From contig NC_087437.1 in the NCBI RefSeq assembly GCF_036321535.1, positions 6,944,001 to 7,008,000 of the forward strand: a DNA stretch of 64,000 nucleotides. The letters run 5' to 3'. The notes below the pieces were generated by a model. It was not told where the DNA came from. It was given only the letters and a program-made list of their open reading frames with translations, and did not search any database. A program made the translations under genes and the position numbers. This stretch comes from Camelus dromedarius (taxonomy: Eukaryota). Shown here piece after piece: positions 16,627 to 30,139 of the stretch; positions within the stretch are counted from its first letter, which is position 1; each line of letters opens with the position of its first letter.

Positions 16627-16883
16627 TTGTTCTTTCCACTCTTATTATTTGGGTTTCAACTAGAGCCAAACTAGCACTGTTCAAAGGCTGACTGACCACA
16701 CTGAAGGAGAAACAAACTATTCACAGAGAACCTCCAGCAGAAGGAAAAAAACAAAAGCAAAAAAAACTAGGCTGCCATCTTACTGCTGGCTTCACGTAGA
16801 GTAAAGCTTGGGCTCTGAATTTCCAACTACCCCTACAATTTTTAAATATATGCATTTCATGGTAACTGATGTCTCAAGGACAC

Positions 16884-16907
16884 CACACACACACACACAC
16901 ACACACA
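16884..16907 (+). repeat. (CA)12 microsatellite
   Basis: Read directly from the sequence. Confidence 0.95.
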
Positions 16908-18089
16908 AAAAGCAAATGACTTATTTTGTCACATGTCTGCATCCTTTTTCTAACAAAAGCCTGAAAAACAGAGTTGACAGTTTAACATATACAAATGAAG
17001 AAAGACAATGATTTTTGATGTATTACTAGTTTGCTGGTTTTCTAAAACTCATTTTCTTCCCAGCGAATTTTGGTACCGATAATTTCAGTGACTCAATCAC
17101 GGTTATTTTTAACCACAACACTCATATCCTCTAGTAGCGGCTAAATTAATTTCCAATTGAGTCGCAGGAATAATTAGACTTTGCAGCACCAATCCATCCT
17201 CCACTCCTCTGTATAGAAACTGGAGAACTGACATTTCAGACTTCAGTTAGACTATGGTGAGACAGTTTACAGAAGGCAGCCTTGTTTGGGAGGCCGGTGA
17301 ACAACCGAAAAAGCCAGTCTGGGGACAAAAGTATTTTTATAGCAGTATCTTCTTTAAGCGACTTCTCAGGTAAAGCCCTCCTTGTGGTTCCCACAGATTT
17401 TCCTGATATCCGTGATCAGTGTTAACTTCATAACATGCACACATTCCTGTTATATGTAAACCCTGGAGATCTTTGAAGAACTTCCAGGGAAGGGTAAGCT
17501 GGGGGTGCATTATTTATGTAAAACACGGCTCGCTCTCCTAAGAGGCACTGGGCTATCTTTTTTTCTCGACATGTCCTACTTTATAGTCATTTTCACATTT
17601 TATTTCCCTAAAAAGACATTTTTCATGGGCTCGTGATGCTTCGCCATTAATCCAGGAGCGTGCAGTTTTACTAAAAGCATCCTTCCCGTCCAAAGTCCAA
17701 AAAGATACTTAGCAAGGTTGCCAAAGCCTGAGCCAGAAGATCACCCGATCTGGTTAACAATCTGTCAGCTTCAATCACACTTACTCTATTGTAATGACGG
17801 ATCAATAAAGTCAGACGCTAATAAAACTAGTGAGAATGCTGATGAATCACCGTCGATTCTGCAAATGGGCGACAGACAGCCCACAGTCTTCTACTTTGGT
17901 CCAATTAAAAAAATTATTACACTTCAATATAGACGTGCTGGAAGATTCTTAAACATTCATATTACAGTACATGGAAATTCTGATGTAGCTGATGTCCTTT
18001 TCAGAAATGGATGACACATCTAAATTTTGCTGACAAACGTCCAGGCTACTGGAGTTTGCCCGCTGTTCTGTCTATGAGATTTGCTCTTT

Positions 18090-18215
18090 GCCTCATACCT
18101 ACTATGTGCCCGGCTGTACCAGGGATGCAAAGAAGGGTAAGACACAGCCTCTGCCAACAAGAAGTTTACTATTAGGAAGAGACATGTAAACAGATCATTT
18201 CAACCTAATGGGATT
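18090..18215 (-). mobile_element. L2 3' fragment
   Basis: cctactatgtgcccggc...aagacacagcctctgcc...aagaagtttac...agacatgtaaacag. Confidence 0.55.
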
Positions 18216-19087
18216 CAGTAGACCAACAGTGGAAAATATATGGTGGGGGGGGGGGGAGGAGAAAAAATACATCATGTGTGTGGGGAAAAAATTCTAGAAT
18301 ATTTTTATACAACGGGAGCCCATATGTAACAGTGCTACGCAGTTCATTATTATCCATGTGTGGAAAATAATACCCATATGTGCGTGATCATCAAAGCTCC
18401 CTTCTGCCTTTGTTTAACCCTAAATTGGTAGGCTCTGTCCTTAAGTGACTTTTTGGATGCTTTCCCCTCTGTCAAGTAGGGTGTGCTTAGGGAACTCGGA
18501 TTAATGTAAATATTAGCCCAAGCAAGACACAAATCAAAAGGCTAATCCATGGGTTATGACGCATGCCAAAGCAGCATTCAAGGTTCTCTATCTTCCTGTG
18601 CTTTCAGGGGGCTGGGAAATATTCCATAATTCAGGTAACTTGGGGTCAACTCTGTTTTTACTGGAATAATACGCAGTGATCTGTCTCACGACTCAACTGC
18701 GCAGACAGCCACCGCACGAGACTTTTTTCCCCCTCGTGGTAAAATCCCTCCTGAAGGCTCTGGGGTGGCACCTGACTAGTGCTATGAGGTTCAAGGGCAG
18801 GGAAGAGAGATTTCAGACTTTTGTGGAGCACATGGTATTTGAAAGACCGTATTCAGTGGTGTATCTTCAATTTGGAAAATCATAAAGAACCACTTATTGT
18901 TTTGATAACACCAATAGCAGAAAGTCAAGTGTGATGGGATTTTCCTGCACGGTAAAGACAGACCAGAGGGCGGGGCGGGGGGGGGGAGGTAGACAAAGAT
19001 CCACGTTTTTAAGGGGGGAGGCTTAGGATTCTTCTATCAATCAAAAGGAAACACTGGTTTAAAGACCAGTAGCTAAAAACACTACTC

Positions 19088-20100
19088 TGTACACTGTGAG
19101 TCCCTGCAGGTCTGGGGCCCTGTGTTCCTTTCCAGCCCAAATGCCTGGTGTGTCTTAAGCACACACTAAATATTCATTTGATGAAGCAGAATTGGCTAAA
19201 TCTGCATTCAAGTCCAAGATGGGTCGCACACTGGTACTGCGACCTCAGTCAAATGAATCAACTACCATCGCGATCCCCGGTCCTAAATGGGACCTGAACA
19301 GCGGCGCGGACCTCATGGGTTGTCCTGAGCATCCATTCATACAGGTGTTTCTCCCCCCTCCCCCAACTCATTCAGCATCTACCTACCAAACTCCTATGTG
19401 CCAAGCACTGGACAAGTCACTAGAAAAATAATGCCTTGAAGACACATACTATCTACACTTGGGCAGACAACAGACAAAATAACCAATGTGATGCAATTAG
19501 CACCCAGCCTGGAACTTCCTTAAGCTTGGACTTAAGGGAAGTTAATTACCATGACAGCCCTCCGTCTCCCTCCTCACTGGCTTTTGTTATACGACCACCT
19601 TTCAGACCAGTTGGAAGACTTTGCTTTAAACAACAAAAGAGTCTCAGATAAAATCTTCAAATGATGTCTTTTAAGTCCAGTAAATTTCCTTAGGAAAAAC
19701 AAAGAGTATACAAATTAAATTATTAAATTATAAGTCAGGTCCAGGGATAGCAAGAGGAGACACCAACAAAAAAAAAAGTATTTCCATTTGGTTCAATATT
19801 CCAATTTGGTGGTGTCTTCTGAAGCTGGCCTGCACCTGGTAACTGACTCCCCTGACTTGGAGGGGTGACCCACGCCCTCTCCCATGTCTAGGTAACAGCT
19901 GCTCACCCTTTCGGGTACAGTTTCAGTGGGGACTCCTGCAAGGCCTTTCCCGATGGCCCAAACGTCCTGTACAGAGCACCTGCCAATGCTGTTTATTTTC
20001 TACTAGGTGGTGAGACTTGGGTCTTATTTCTGTGTAGCCGGGACTCATCACAGGTCTGGGCACATATTTGGTGATCAGTAAAAGGTCACTGAAATAAGTC
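19088..20100. mobile_element. Cluster of L2 3' fragments (about 19088-19185 +, 19365-19490 -, 19890-20100 +)
   Basis: L2 tail motifs ctgtgagtccctgcagg...atgcctgg...aaatattcatttgatgaa, ctcctatgtgccaagcactg and tctgggcacata...tcagtaaa. Confidence 0.5.
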
Positions 20101-23100
20101 GTGCCTGCAGGCTACCAGAAAATCCTCCTCTCACTCCTGTTTTCTATCAAGGTCAAAGGTGATGGCAGCTTAATTGTCACGTGAATCTTTTAAAATCCAT
20201 CACTTTTAGCTGTCAAGAGAGAACTCAGAGTCTGAGGAACCTTTGTTCTTTCATTTGTAAGAGATTCCTTCCCATGCTTTTTAAGCTCCATCCACACAGA
20301 TGTCTCAGAAATCAGCGCTCAGTGCTGACGCTACCCCGGTTCTCCCGGTGTCTATTTATACAAGCTTCTCCAAAGCACCGGGAAAAGGGCACGATCTGCA
20401 CCACGAATCTTCCTAGTCAGTGGCCGGTCGTGTAAAAGCATCCACGTTCAGGGAAGGAAACAATCAGGCTGAAAAAAACTCCTCCGGTTTAAAGCCCAAG
20501 TTCAAAAGCTACAGCGTAACCCCCACCAATGACGAGGTCCCCAGCCACCAGCGTCGGGAGACACAATTTGGAAGTCAGCAGACATTGGCTGTGACGTGCT
20601 TGCTAACACCAGGGTGACACAATCTTCCCCTCGAGGGGCCAGGTTGTAAGCTTTCCTAAGAGCCATAAAGCACATGTCTGCGCCCGGTGAGGAGTTCTGG
20701 CTTTCTCTGAGAGTCTGCTGAAGTTCCGATCTAAAAGAACGCCATCTTCACAGAAGCCCCGGTACTCTAGAATCGTACCATCTGCCACCGGCTGGGCTTC
20801 CTTTTCAGCCAAATACATTATTTATAACCTTTCTAATTGTGAAAAGGTAAGGGTGGAATTTTCCTAAAGCCCCGACTTCGAGCTGGTTAGAACATTCTGA
20901 ACCTTAGCTCTGAAACACAGCAGGGCTGTACATCTGAAAAACAAAATACACATCCCCCCAAAAAAAAACCCCACAAGGAGTTGGTTGAGGTTACATCATT
21001 TTTCAAAAGATTATATTCTTTCAAACCCCTGCTAGAATATGACACGAATTGGAGGGCTGTATTTATAACACACTTAGACACTGAGGGGAGATAGTTTTAT
21101 TTTTCTACTTGGTCATCTTTGCAGCCAATGAAGACTTTGGGGAGAGGGGAAGCCTTCTGAAAAATACGTTCGTCAACTGGGAGAAGACAGGGATCTGATT
21201 ACCCTTCAAATTGCTTTGTTGTGCCTTTAACAACAACCAAAAAAAAAAAAAAAAAAAAAAAACCCACCCCAAAACAATGCTAATCAGGTTATTCAATCAT
21301 TTAAACCAAAACTGTTCATGCTTTTCTGCCAAATCAACCAACCACAGCAAAATCTGTTATCTCTGACTGCTCAGCTTCCAGTCAAAAAACAGTTAACCCC
21401 CACTATACCAAAAGTTTTCCAAAATACCCTCAAAGCGCTGCGAGCATGCAGAGAATAAAGGGAAAGCCCTGTCATCTTTAAAGGGTAACTGGAGTGCTGT
21501 ACCATATTTGCATATTACAATATACTCTAATAAACTAAACAGCCTGTCCCAGAAGCCAGCAGCTCCCTAGCTTTCCTGTGATCTCCATACGGGCTTTCTG
21601 TGCACAATTTTTTTCCCCCTCCACAAAGAGGACTGTGATATCATGACCCAAACTTACTAAAGACTTGCTGATGGTTTAGCACAGGTGGATGTAGGTACCA
21701 AGAGCATCTCCGAAATGGGTGGTTCACCCACGTTTAAAGCTTTCAGGCTCCATCAGCAGAGAGGCCAAAAGCTACCACATCTTATTTACACAATTATCTA
21801 AATACGATTAAACAGCTGATGGACAAATATTAAACTGGAAAATGTATAGTCATTTCAGCTTAATGTAATCCTCTTTCTGTAAACACCCAAGATGATTTTT
21901 TTTCAACCAGAACAGTCCTGACATCTCATAAGCCTAAGGGTGAATAGCAAGAGATTGTTTTTGATAGTTATAAATATTCAAAAGACATGCAGACCATCTG
22001 CTTTCATAATACAGGTAAAGCAAGACTAAAATGGTGACTGCTGTATAAAAATGATTCTTTTAACAAAGTCTTCCTCTCCTAGAAAACTATAAAGACAGAT
22101 GTCAAAAACTGTTTACACAGAGCAATCAGGAGCGTGCAAAATGTAATATTCCTTTTACACACAGTGCTTGCTAAAGAGATTTTTTTTTCTTTTTCTTCCC
22201 ATCTGTGTGTTGCAACACATTTCTACAAGTTAAAAACATTTTTTTTCAAACAGAGATCTCATGAATACCCAAAAACATGCTATCTGGTTTCTGAATGCTA
22301 ATTAATTTCAACTAAGGAATCTGAATCTCTTCTTCTGTAGGAAGGGATGTATGTTTTGAATCGAATACTCCAGAGACAGCAAGGGAAATAATCTTGCACA
22401 CATTTAATTCTGCAAGGCGATCTTTCATGGTTTCACCTTGTTTGTAATACACAGCACTTAGGTCCATGTTTTAAATGAAAGCATATCACTGCTAATGCCT
22501 TTGGCGTAAAGTCTAAAATAATTGTTTTCTGAGATAAGTGTCCACGTGTGCAAAATGTATATACAGAAACCTTTAACTTCTCAGGCGACGCAGAGTGATG
22601 GTTTATAAAACCCAGCAGTTAATTTTCAGGGCTGGAACACTAATCTTGACAGTAACCTTTTTATGTATTATATTAATGGCATAGAGACATTAAGCACCTT
22701 TTTATAATTTTCAATAAAATGAGCATTTACTGAACAATCTGTCAAACTGCTGGCTCTCTATTCCCTTACATTTTTATCTTTTGAGCAGTACAACTCCACA
22801 CACACTAATGACACTCCCCTTTCTCCAGGTCCTGTCTGCCTATGGCCTGAATTTTCACAGCGGGGGTTTTTATGTGCGTGGTGGAGAACTCCAAGGTCAA
22901 ACTTTAACTTCAGAGCAAATGGAATCAGCCCCATATTCAAATACTATCTCATGGTTCTCAGCACATGAAGTTTTCTTTAAATCCCAAAGGATATCAAATT
23001 CTACAAACAAGCTCTAAAAAACATCATAGGAGATGGTGACATGGAATGAACTTGGTGAAAATTCACAGGTAGACCCTATCGGGTACTAGGCGGGGGTGCC

Positions 23101-23828
23101 AAGAAGGGAGGGAAACGGGCTTCAATTTATGGGAAGCAAATGGCAGGACCTCTGGGTGTAATATTCTGTTTGTGATGTTAGCTTACGTTCCCCAGATCTT
23201 TCCCTCCGGATCCTCTATTGCCTTCTAAGCTATTCTCTGGGGAGACACAACTGGGGCATATTCGAAATCTCAATTTGTTAAGGAGAGACTAATCACTTCT
23301 AAATTTTACTTAAACTCCAGTTGTCATCATTGTGGTTCTTGCCATCTTGATCAACCCCAGTGCCTGCAAACAGCATCTTCACACCAAGCAATCCTTGTGT
23401 TGTGCTAAAAACAGAAACTGGGGACAGAGCCCCAAAGGTCTACGAAAGCAAGCAGAAAGAGAACCCATCCAATTCTGCCTGAATTCTCTTATCACATTTC
23501 CTAAAGATGACATTGCGATCATTTTGAAGCACAGAAATTTCATTTAATGATTGAAATATCCAATTTGTAATTTTAAAAGAAAACGCTGGTTCGCAGTTCA
23601 CGTGGCTTTGCCACATAATTAAAGGAATTTTATATAAAGCCCGGAGAGTATCTTTTGACCAGATTCTCTATTCTGTCTTTTTGTTTGAGAACCCGTATAG
23701 ATCGTTCTTACTATTCTGAAACCTTCTCATTCAAACTAATTGACTATGCTGGCTTAAATTAGAAAATATTTGTTAAAAAGTGTATTATTACGAAGGGCAT
23801 GTAACATTTCAAATTAATTGCACATAGA

Positions 23829-23915
23829 GGCTTACGTTTGCTCATCTGCAATATGAAGGGAAATGAACTAGAAAATCTCCAAGGTCCTTTCTAACAGCTT
23901 GAAGACTCTATGAGA
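23829..23915 (+). mobile_element. MIR3/MIRc 3' part
   Basis: gtttgctcatctgcaatatgaagggaaatgaactagaaaatctccaaggtcctttc...actctatga. Confidence 0.6.
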
Positions 23916-25914
23916 TCTGTGTGTATTCCCCAACAGAGGTCCTACAGGGTCTTCAGTGACTAAAGGAGCTGCAACTGTAATACGTACCATCCACTCACTG
24001 TGCAAACATCCCCCACTACAGTTTTATTTTTTAAGAAGGTTAAAGTCCCTTGGTATCTTGCTTATAATATGATTATTAAAAATATACTCCCTATTATTGA
24101 ATTAAACGTTATGCTACTCCAAATAGAATTTTCACAAGTTTTTCATTAGGTAAATCTAAATCGAATGAGCCTTATTTGATTTTATAGCAAAAACTGTTTC
24201 CTAAGATTCTAAACCTCCTGCATTCTCTACCAACTTGCACATTTGGGGAATGCGGGATTCTTCTTTCTCTGCTGGCCCTTGCGTGGTTAGAGCTCCCATT
24301 CTCTCTGGAGATTAAAATTTCTAGTATCTGTACTTAGAAATAGCAGGAAAAGACATCAAATTTGTAGTAAATTCCAGAGGTCCTAAATAAGTCATTTTGA
24401 AAAATGTTAAGGCACCGAGTGAAAAAAAAAAAAGAACTAGTTTGAACAATCAGCCCATTTTTCCAAAAGTAAGTACTAGAATTAGGCTGTGACTCTTCAG
24501 ATTTTATATTCCTTCTCTGCACGCCTTCCTTACATGAACGCTGTTAGATTTTAAGTCACATTGCCTAAAAATGGGGGGGGGGGGAAGTAAGCTTGGTTTT
24601 TAGTTTTTTATAGGGCCAAAGACTTTCCTTGGGAATTTCATGAAACTTACGAAAGCTCTCTCCACATACATCCTGCCCCAAGAGACTCGTAACTTCCGGG
24701 TCTGCACAAACTCTTGGGAGCCTGTTGCAGGGTCTACGGATCCAAGATTTCATAGGAGACTGAAGGCTAAATCATACCCCTGATTTCTGTATTTTATTAG
24801 TTGTTAGTCAAGATTTCCCATGTCTACTAAATAAATATAAACCAATGTAACTTCTGAATGAGGTCAGAGAGAAAGATCAAGGTAATGTGGCTCATCTCTG
24901 TCAATGTTATGAAAATGCCAGTATACTGGTGATCAGCTCTTTGGGAGTTAGGGCGAAATGGTCAATCTGTGCTGGATGGATGGGCTGGCCGCCACGAAGT
25001 CCCAAGCCCCGTCCATCACTGGAGGCGTGGGCTCCAGGCTGAGCTGGTGCTCCTGCGGGAGGTGGGACAAAGGCTCTGAGGCTTTGTTCTGGAATGGCTG
25101 AACAGTTATCTACATTTGCAGCTCTCTCTAAACCCAGGTGACTCTGGACCTGTACACAGCTGACTTTTACACATTATATGTTTACAGCCCCAAACGGAGC
25201 CTCCACTGCCAAATGTGGACTTTGGACCCTCAAATGAAGAACGGACACTGTGAACTAACATGGGGTGGTACTGACTGTTAGCATTTCCATGTTGGCAGTA
25301 CCAACATCTTGGTCTAGAAATCATTTGACTTTGCTATTGAAATTTCCCCCCTTTATATATATATATATATTTTTTTTTCAAATGAGAAACAGACAAATGG
25401 AACTAACAGTAAAAAAGTGTGGATCTCAAATATAACACAATGGAGAAAAAATGAAAACTATGAGCGACGCTGAAATACACACCTGATTATAGAAGAAAAA
25501 CTTAAAATGTTTACTGAATTGTGTTGTTAAATTGTGCTTAACAGTGATGTATAATTAGGTCTCTTAGGGCATTTTTTAGCTCTTTGGGTCCTTTTTTCAG
25601 ATCTTTGGGTCCAAGACTACTGTTCTGCTTACAAACATAATTTTATCCATATATTTAAGAACATCACAATATAAGCAAAACTATGGGACAGCTTGGATTA
25701 TCAGTAGGGGTTCTTAGAGAAAAATGCAGAAGTAATTTGCTCTTGGGTTACATAAATTAAAAATTCAGAATTAAGCATAATAGGGAAAATATTTTGTAAA
25801 GTAGGATATTCTAAATAAGACTATAGATAAAACACTACAAAGAAAACTACTGACATAGTTTACTGGTTCATGAAATAGATGTGATGAAAACGCTACAAGG
25901 CTATCTCGGCTTGA

Positions 25915-26130
25915 CAGGTATTCCTGAGATCCTCCTGTGTGCCAGATCCATGACTGTGATGGTGAATAAAACTTAGCCCCTCTGTGGCTGTCAATTACTC
26001 ACGTAGAGGACACAGTCTGTCCACAGATAATTACAGAACAATGTGGAAACTGCTATGGGGCTGTATAAAGGGAGGGGACAGAGCCTTGGGTGTGGGGAGC
26101 AGGGGTGAGGGTGAAGGAAAGAGCACTAGG
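25915..26130 (-). mobile_element. L2 fragment
   Basis: tattcctgagatcctcctgtgtgccag...atggtgaataaaac... Confidence 0.45.
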
Positions 26131-26512
26131 GAAAACTCACATCCAGATGACAGTCCCAGGAGGTTTCTTTTCCCTCCCCGACACTGTCCCATCTAAGTTA
26201 TCATATCTGCTTAACTTGCAAATGTGCTTATTTAAAGCATCATGCTTGCCTGAGTCTTCCCTCACTTCCATTTTAAGATACATGATTCTAAGGACCCGAC
26301 TAAAAGCGCTCCTTCAAGGTGAGGACAAGTTATAAAACGTTTCTTTAATTTTTTTCACAAATGAAAAGTTCTTGGTTGTTTCCATACAAACTCACGCTTG
26401 CATAGAAATCTTCTACGTAGCAACAAAGTTTCTGAGACCCACAAGTGCGATGCCAAACTCTCAACCCCCCACGTTTTAGAAAAACAACCCATGTTATTGC
26501 ACACTTTAGAAC

Positions 26513-26700
26513 TGAGCACTGTTCTCAATGCTTTACAAGGATTCACTCATGTAATTCTCATAACAATCCTGAAAAATCAGTACTGTTACCTTTCTGCTTT
26601 AGAGATGAGGAAACTGAGGCACAGAGTCACTTGCCTGAATTTACAGAGCCGTGACGGCACAGCTCACTTTCTAGACTCCTATGGAATGAACGCTCTGAGC
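26513..26700 (-). mobile_element. MIR SINE
   Basis: Core tttagagatgaggaaactgaggcacagag with flanking aattctcataacaatcctg. Confidence 0.8.
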
Positions 26701-28446
26701 GCATTAATTATGGGGTGGCAACAAGCAGTAACACACACAGACTCCCACAAAGGGGGAGAGAACACAACTGCTAATGAAATAAATCTAAAAAATAGTTTCA
26801 TTAAGAAATAAAGTGAAATCAAGCTCTGTCCTATGCCAGAATAACCCAGGAGTGTCACTACATGTTGGGAAATCTCTACTGTGACATTTCATAGCGTTAG
26901 TACTTGTTCTTGTTAGCTCCACATTGTTTAACTGCAGAGGAATAAACGCTGGATTGACAGTAAACTGGGACAAGTCTGGGACAGTCGGGTGGTACCCAGT
27001 GATGAAATACCCTGTCTTGTCATCTGGAAAAGAAGAGTGATCTCAACTGGTGCTAACAAGGAAAGTGCTAATCGCTCTTAACTTTCAACACGTAATCTGG
27101 TTTGCATAAAATTTAACCTCTGCGTAAACCAAGTTAGAGTTGCTTTTTTTTTTTAAACGGGAAAATAGTGCCGTACAAGAGAATAGCTTTTGGAAAAGAA
27201 GAAAGGAAAGAAAAAGATCACGGCTAAAGAGGATAGGGTTTTAGAGTAAGAATGAGAGAAAGGAAAGAGACTTTGAAAGGAAGTCAGCCACCTCCTTTGT
27301 AACCTTCTGAACTGCCCATAATACCACAGCATATTAGAACACAATACAATCTTATAACGCCCTTCATGCAGGAATCCCAGGGTGCTTTACAATCATTATG
27401 AGTTAAAATTAAAACTGAAGCACATACAATTCCTAATAGAATCGTTTTAAAAATGCTAAACAGAACAAATAACTTTTAAGTCTAGATTTAAAAGTCCCAA
27501 CAGCCAGAGCGTTCCTTACTTCAATTGGCAGTGAGCTGTGAGGCCCCGCTGAAGCTCTCTCCTGTTACGTTAAAGGCTCTCTTATGTTTTTTTAATACTC
27601 AGAGCACCTTACGATCAAGCAGTTTCCAAAGAAAGAGGGGGGAAAAATTGGGTGCGTGTATCTGTTTGTCTTGATTATCCCGAATTTAGGGTTTTCTGTT
27701 TGTTTATGAGTTTCTTGGGGGCCCCTGTCTGACATGAAATAAAACAGGTTTAAAAACCAAATTCAGATAAAGCCCAACTTGAAATTTCAGTAGTAAATTT
27801 CAAAAAAAAAGACACTCAAAAAGCACTTTAAAACTAGCTCTGTTTTAGCAAGAAAATCTGATTGATTAGCCTGAGTTGGTTAACTTTAAAAGAAAAAAAA
27901 AAAATTAGAAAAGAGCATTTAAGAGGCTTTCTCTCAGGCCATTCCTACTCCTGAGCCTTGGCTGTATTTATTATTCTGCAAATCAGAAAAAAAAAAAATA
28001 GGGGAGGTGCATTCATGATATGGTAATTTTCCTTGCATTAGTGATTCTGAGGTCAAAGGAAACTTGTTCAGCTCTGAAACAAAGCATAGGTAAAAAATCT
28101 ATTAAGTGAAAATGAAGTACTTACACACTGTTAAGCACTCTCTAAATTGGCATGGCTTAAACTCGTCTGTGTGACTATAGTGAAAAGATAGGCCATAAAA
28201 TATTTGAGATCAATCCGTTGTAAGATAGATGCTTTATTAAGTTTGGCTTTTTGGATGAATGTATCTGAAAGGTTACAGGAAACTGACATCAAGCTACAGT
28301 AAAATCCTTATGTATCTAAATCGGCTGAAAATGAGCCTGAGAGAGGAGATGTAAAAAGAAAAACTCGCAGCCTGGAGGACACGTCTATTGTAGATTCTGT
28401 GTGGGATATTACTAACCCAGGACAGACATCTCACTGTCTAATTTGA

Positions 28447-28586
28447 TGTTTTGTTTTGTTTCGTTTTGCGGGGAGGTAATTAGGTTTATTTGTTTATGCA
28501 CATTTTTTAACGGAGGTACTGGGGCTTGAACCCAGGACCTTGCCCACGCTAAGCACGCGCTCTACCACGGAGCTATACCCTCCCCC
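28447..28586 (-). mobile_element. tRNA-derived SINE of camelid Vic-1 type, with target-site duplication
   Basis: Minus strand GGGGGAGGGTATAGCTCCGTGGTAGAGCGCGTGCTTAGC...GGTCCTGGGTTCAAGCCCCAGTACCTCC has pol III A and B boxes and an A-rich tail. Flanking direct repeats actgtctaatttga (28433-28446) and acggtctaattcga (28590-28603). Confidence 0.85.
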
Positions 28587-29306
28587 TCTACGGTCTAATT
28601 CGAGAAAGAGGTACTAGAGTGAAGCAATAACCGGTTCAAAAAAGGAGACAGGAAAAAGCACTGGGTGCAACTTGAGCAAGTCACACCTCTACCCACGTAG
28701 AACTGGTTGACCAGCTCGCCATTACTGCAACTGCTGAGAGCGGCAATAAAACCCAATTAGTATCAAGTGCTTCCGTGCCTGGCAAAGCAGATACTCATAG
28801 CCTCGGACTCCCATGGGCGTGGGGTACGAACTGGGGAAAGTTGTGCAATTTCAAACAGGAAAGAAGAGTTCCTCTGTGGAGCTTTTCCTCAAAATACACG
28901 ATGTTAATTACAACAAGATTGACAGTATTATACCAGGAAGGGGCAGGTACAAAATCCTCCAAGCACAGCTCCAACAGGAACCTGTGTTTCTCAACGGGGC
29001 TGCCAGTTATCAACTCGTTCGTCACATCAAGCCAGTGGACAACTAAGCTCTACACTCCCAAACAGACTTAAAGAACTGCCCGCTGTTTCCCGTGCAGACG
29101 TCTAACACTGCTGTGGGGGCGCAAATAAAAAGGGCCATTAGCTCAGCCATACCCACCGATCCAGACGTGAGGACGGGGGGAAGTGACGGTCCCACAGCTG
29201 GTAGTCAAATCTTCTGGAACCCCCCACAAATCCAGACTACCCCAGATGTCAGCCCCTGTGGTCTAAATCACCCTCACGTGCTCTAATTTAGGAGCATGCA
29301 ACAATG

Positions 29307-29432
29307 GTTTTTTTTTTTTTTTTTAAAGTAAAATTTCTGTTTTTTCTTTTAACGGAGGTACTGGGGATTGAACCCAGGACCTTGTGCATGTTAAGCATGC
29401 GCTCTACCCCAGAGCTATCCCCACCCACCCCC
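29307..29432 (-). mobile_element. Second tRNA-derived Vic-1-type SINE
   Basis: Minus strand GGATAGCTCTGGGGTAGAGCGCATGCTTAACATGCACAAGGTCCTGGGTTCAATCCCCAGTACCTCCG plus poly(A). Aligns closely with the copy at 28447-28586. Confidence 0.85.
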
Positions 29433-29644
29433 AGAAGTGATGGTATTTCTAAAGCAAGTCAATGTAAGAATGACAATATCAAAATTACAAAAACAAAAGA
29501 CGTTAAACATTTCAGCGGTGAGAATAAATAGAAATGGAGAACAGTAAGTTGCAGAGAAATGTAAGTATTTGATAAAATGTCAAATTAACTAGAGAAAGGC
29601 TTAAAAATAAGCACTCTACCCATCTAGCCAAGAATACTTGGTTA

Positions 29645-29755
29645 AATTCACAGGGTCTGGGTGTGAATTCTTGCCCCTTTGCTTTACCAGCCACATAACC
29701 ATGGGACTCAAACATTCCATAGCTCAGGGTCCTCAGCTGAAGAGGGGAATTTAAA
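29645..29755 (+). mobile_element. Degenerate MIR
   Basis: ctgggtgtgaattcttgcccctttgctttaccagc...ctcagggtcctcagctgaagaggggaat. Confidence 0.5.
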
Positions 29756-30094
29756 CTAAACACAACTTGGGGTTATAGACACACTCTTGATATTGCAAAA
29801 GCACCAAATGCAGGTTTATTATTTCAACTATTAAGATGTGTCATCCTCATTACACAATAGGAAACAGGATGCCTGTCACACAACAGACTGCCAATATATA
29901 TATTTTTGAATGAATAAATATGTGAATACACAAATAAATTTCATAGATTAGACTCTCAATGTGAAATACAATATATGAATCTACTGCTGGATATTCTCTT
30001 GAGAGAAGTTGATTATTAATGTTCATTAAAATTTCTTCAGAAATGCCAGTTTGGTCTAAAAATTATGAAAAGAATTAACACAAAGTGTAGTGAA

Positions 30095-30139
30095 ATATAT
30101 ATATATATATAGACATATGTTACACACACACACACACAT
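30095..30139 (+). repeat. Compound (AT)8 / (AC)8 microsatellite
   Basis: Read directly from the sequence. Confidence 0.9.

Noticed and set aside
28508..28586. Possible tRNA-Ala gene (also 29353-29432)
   Set aside because: Has A and B boxes but degenerate stems, an A-rich tail and a TSD, so it is a SINE rather than a tRNA gene.
28813..29046. 77-aa protein-looking ORF (MGVGYELGKVVQFQ...) between the two SINEs
   Set aside because: Short, antisense to SATB1, with an in-frame stop just upstream and no family recognised. No poly(A) or TSD indicates a retrocopy. A tBLASTn or BLASTP hit would be needed to revive it.
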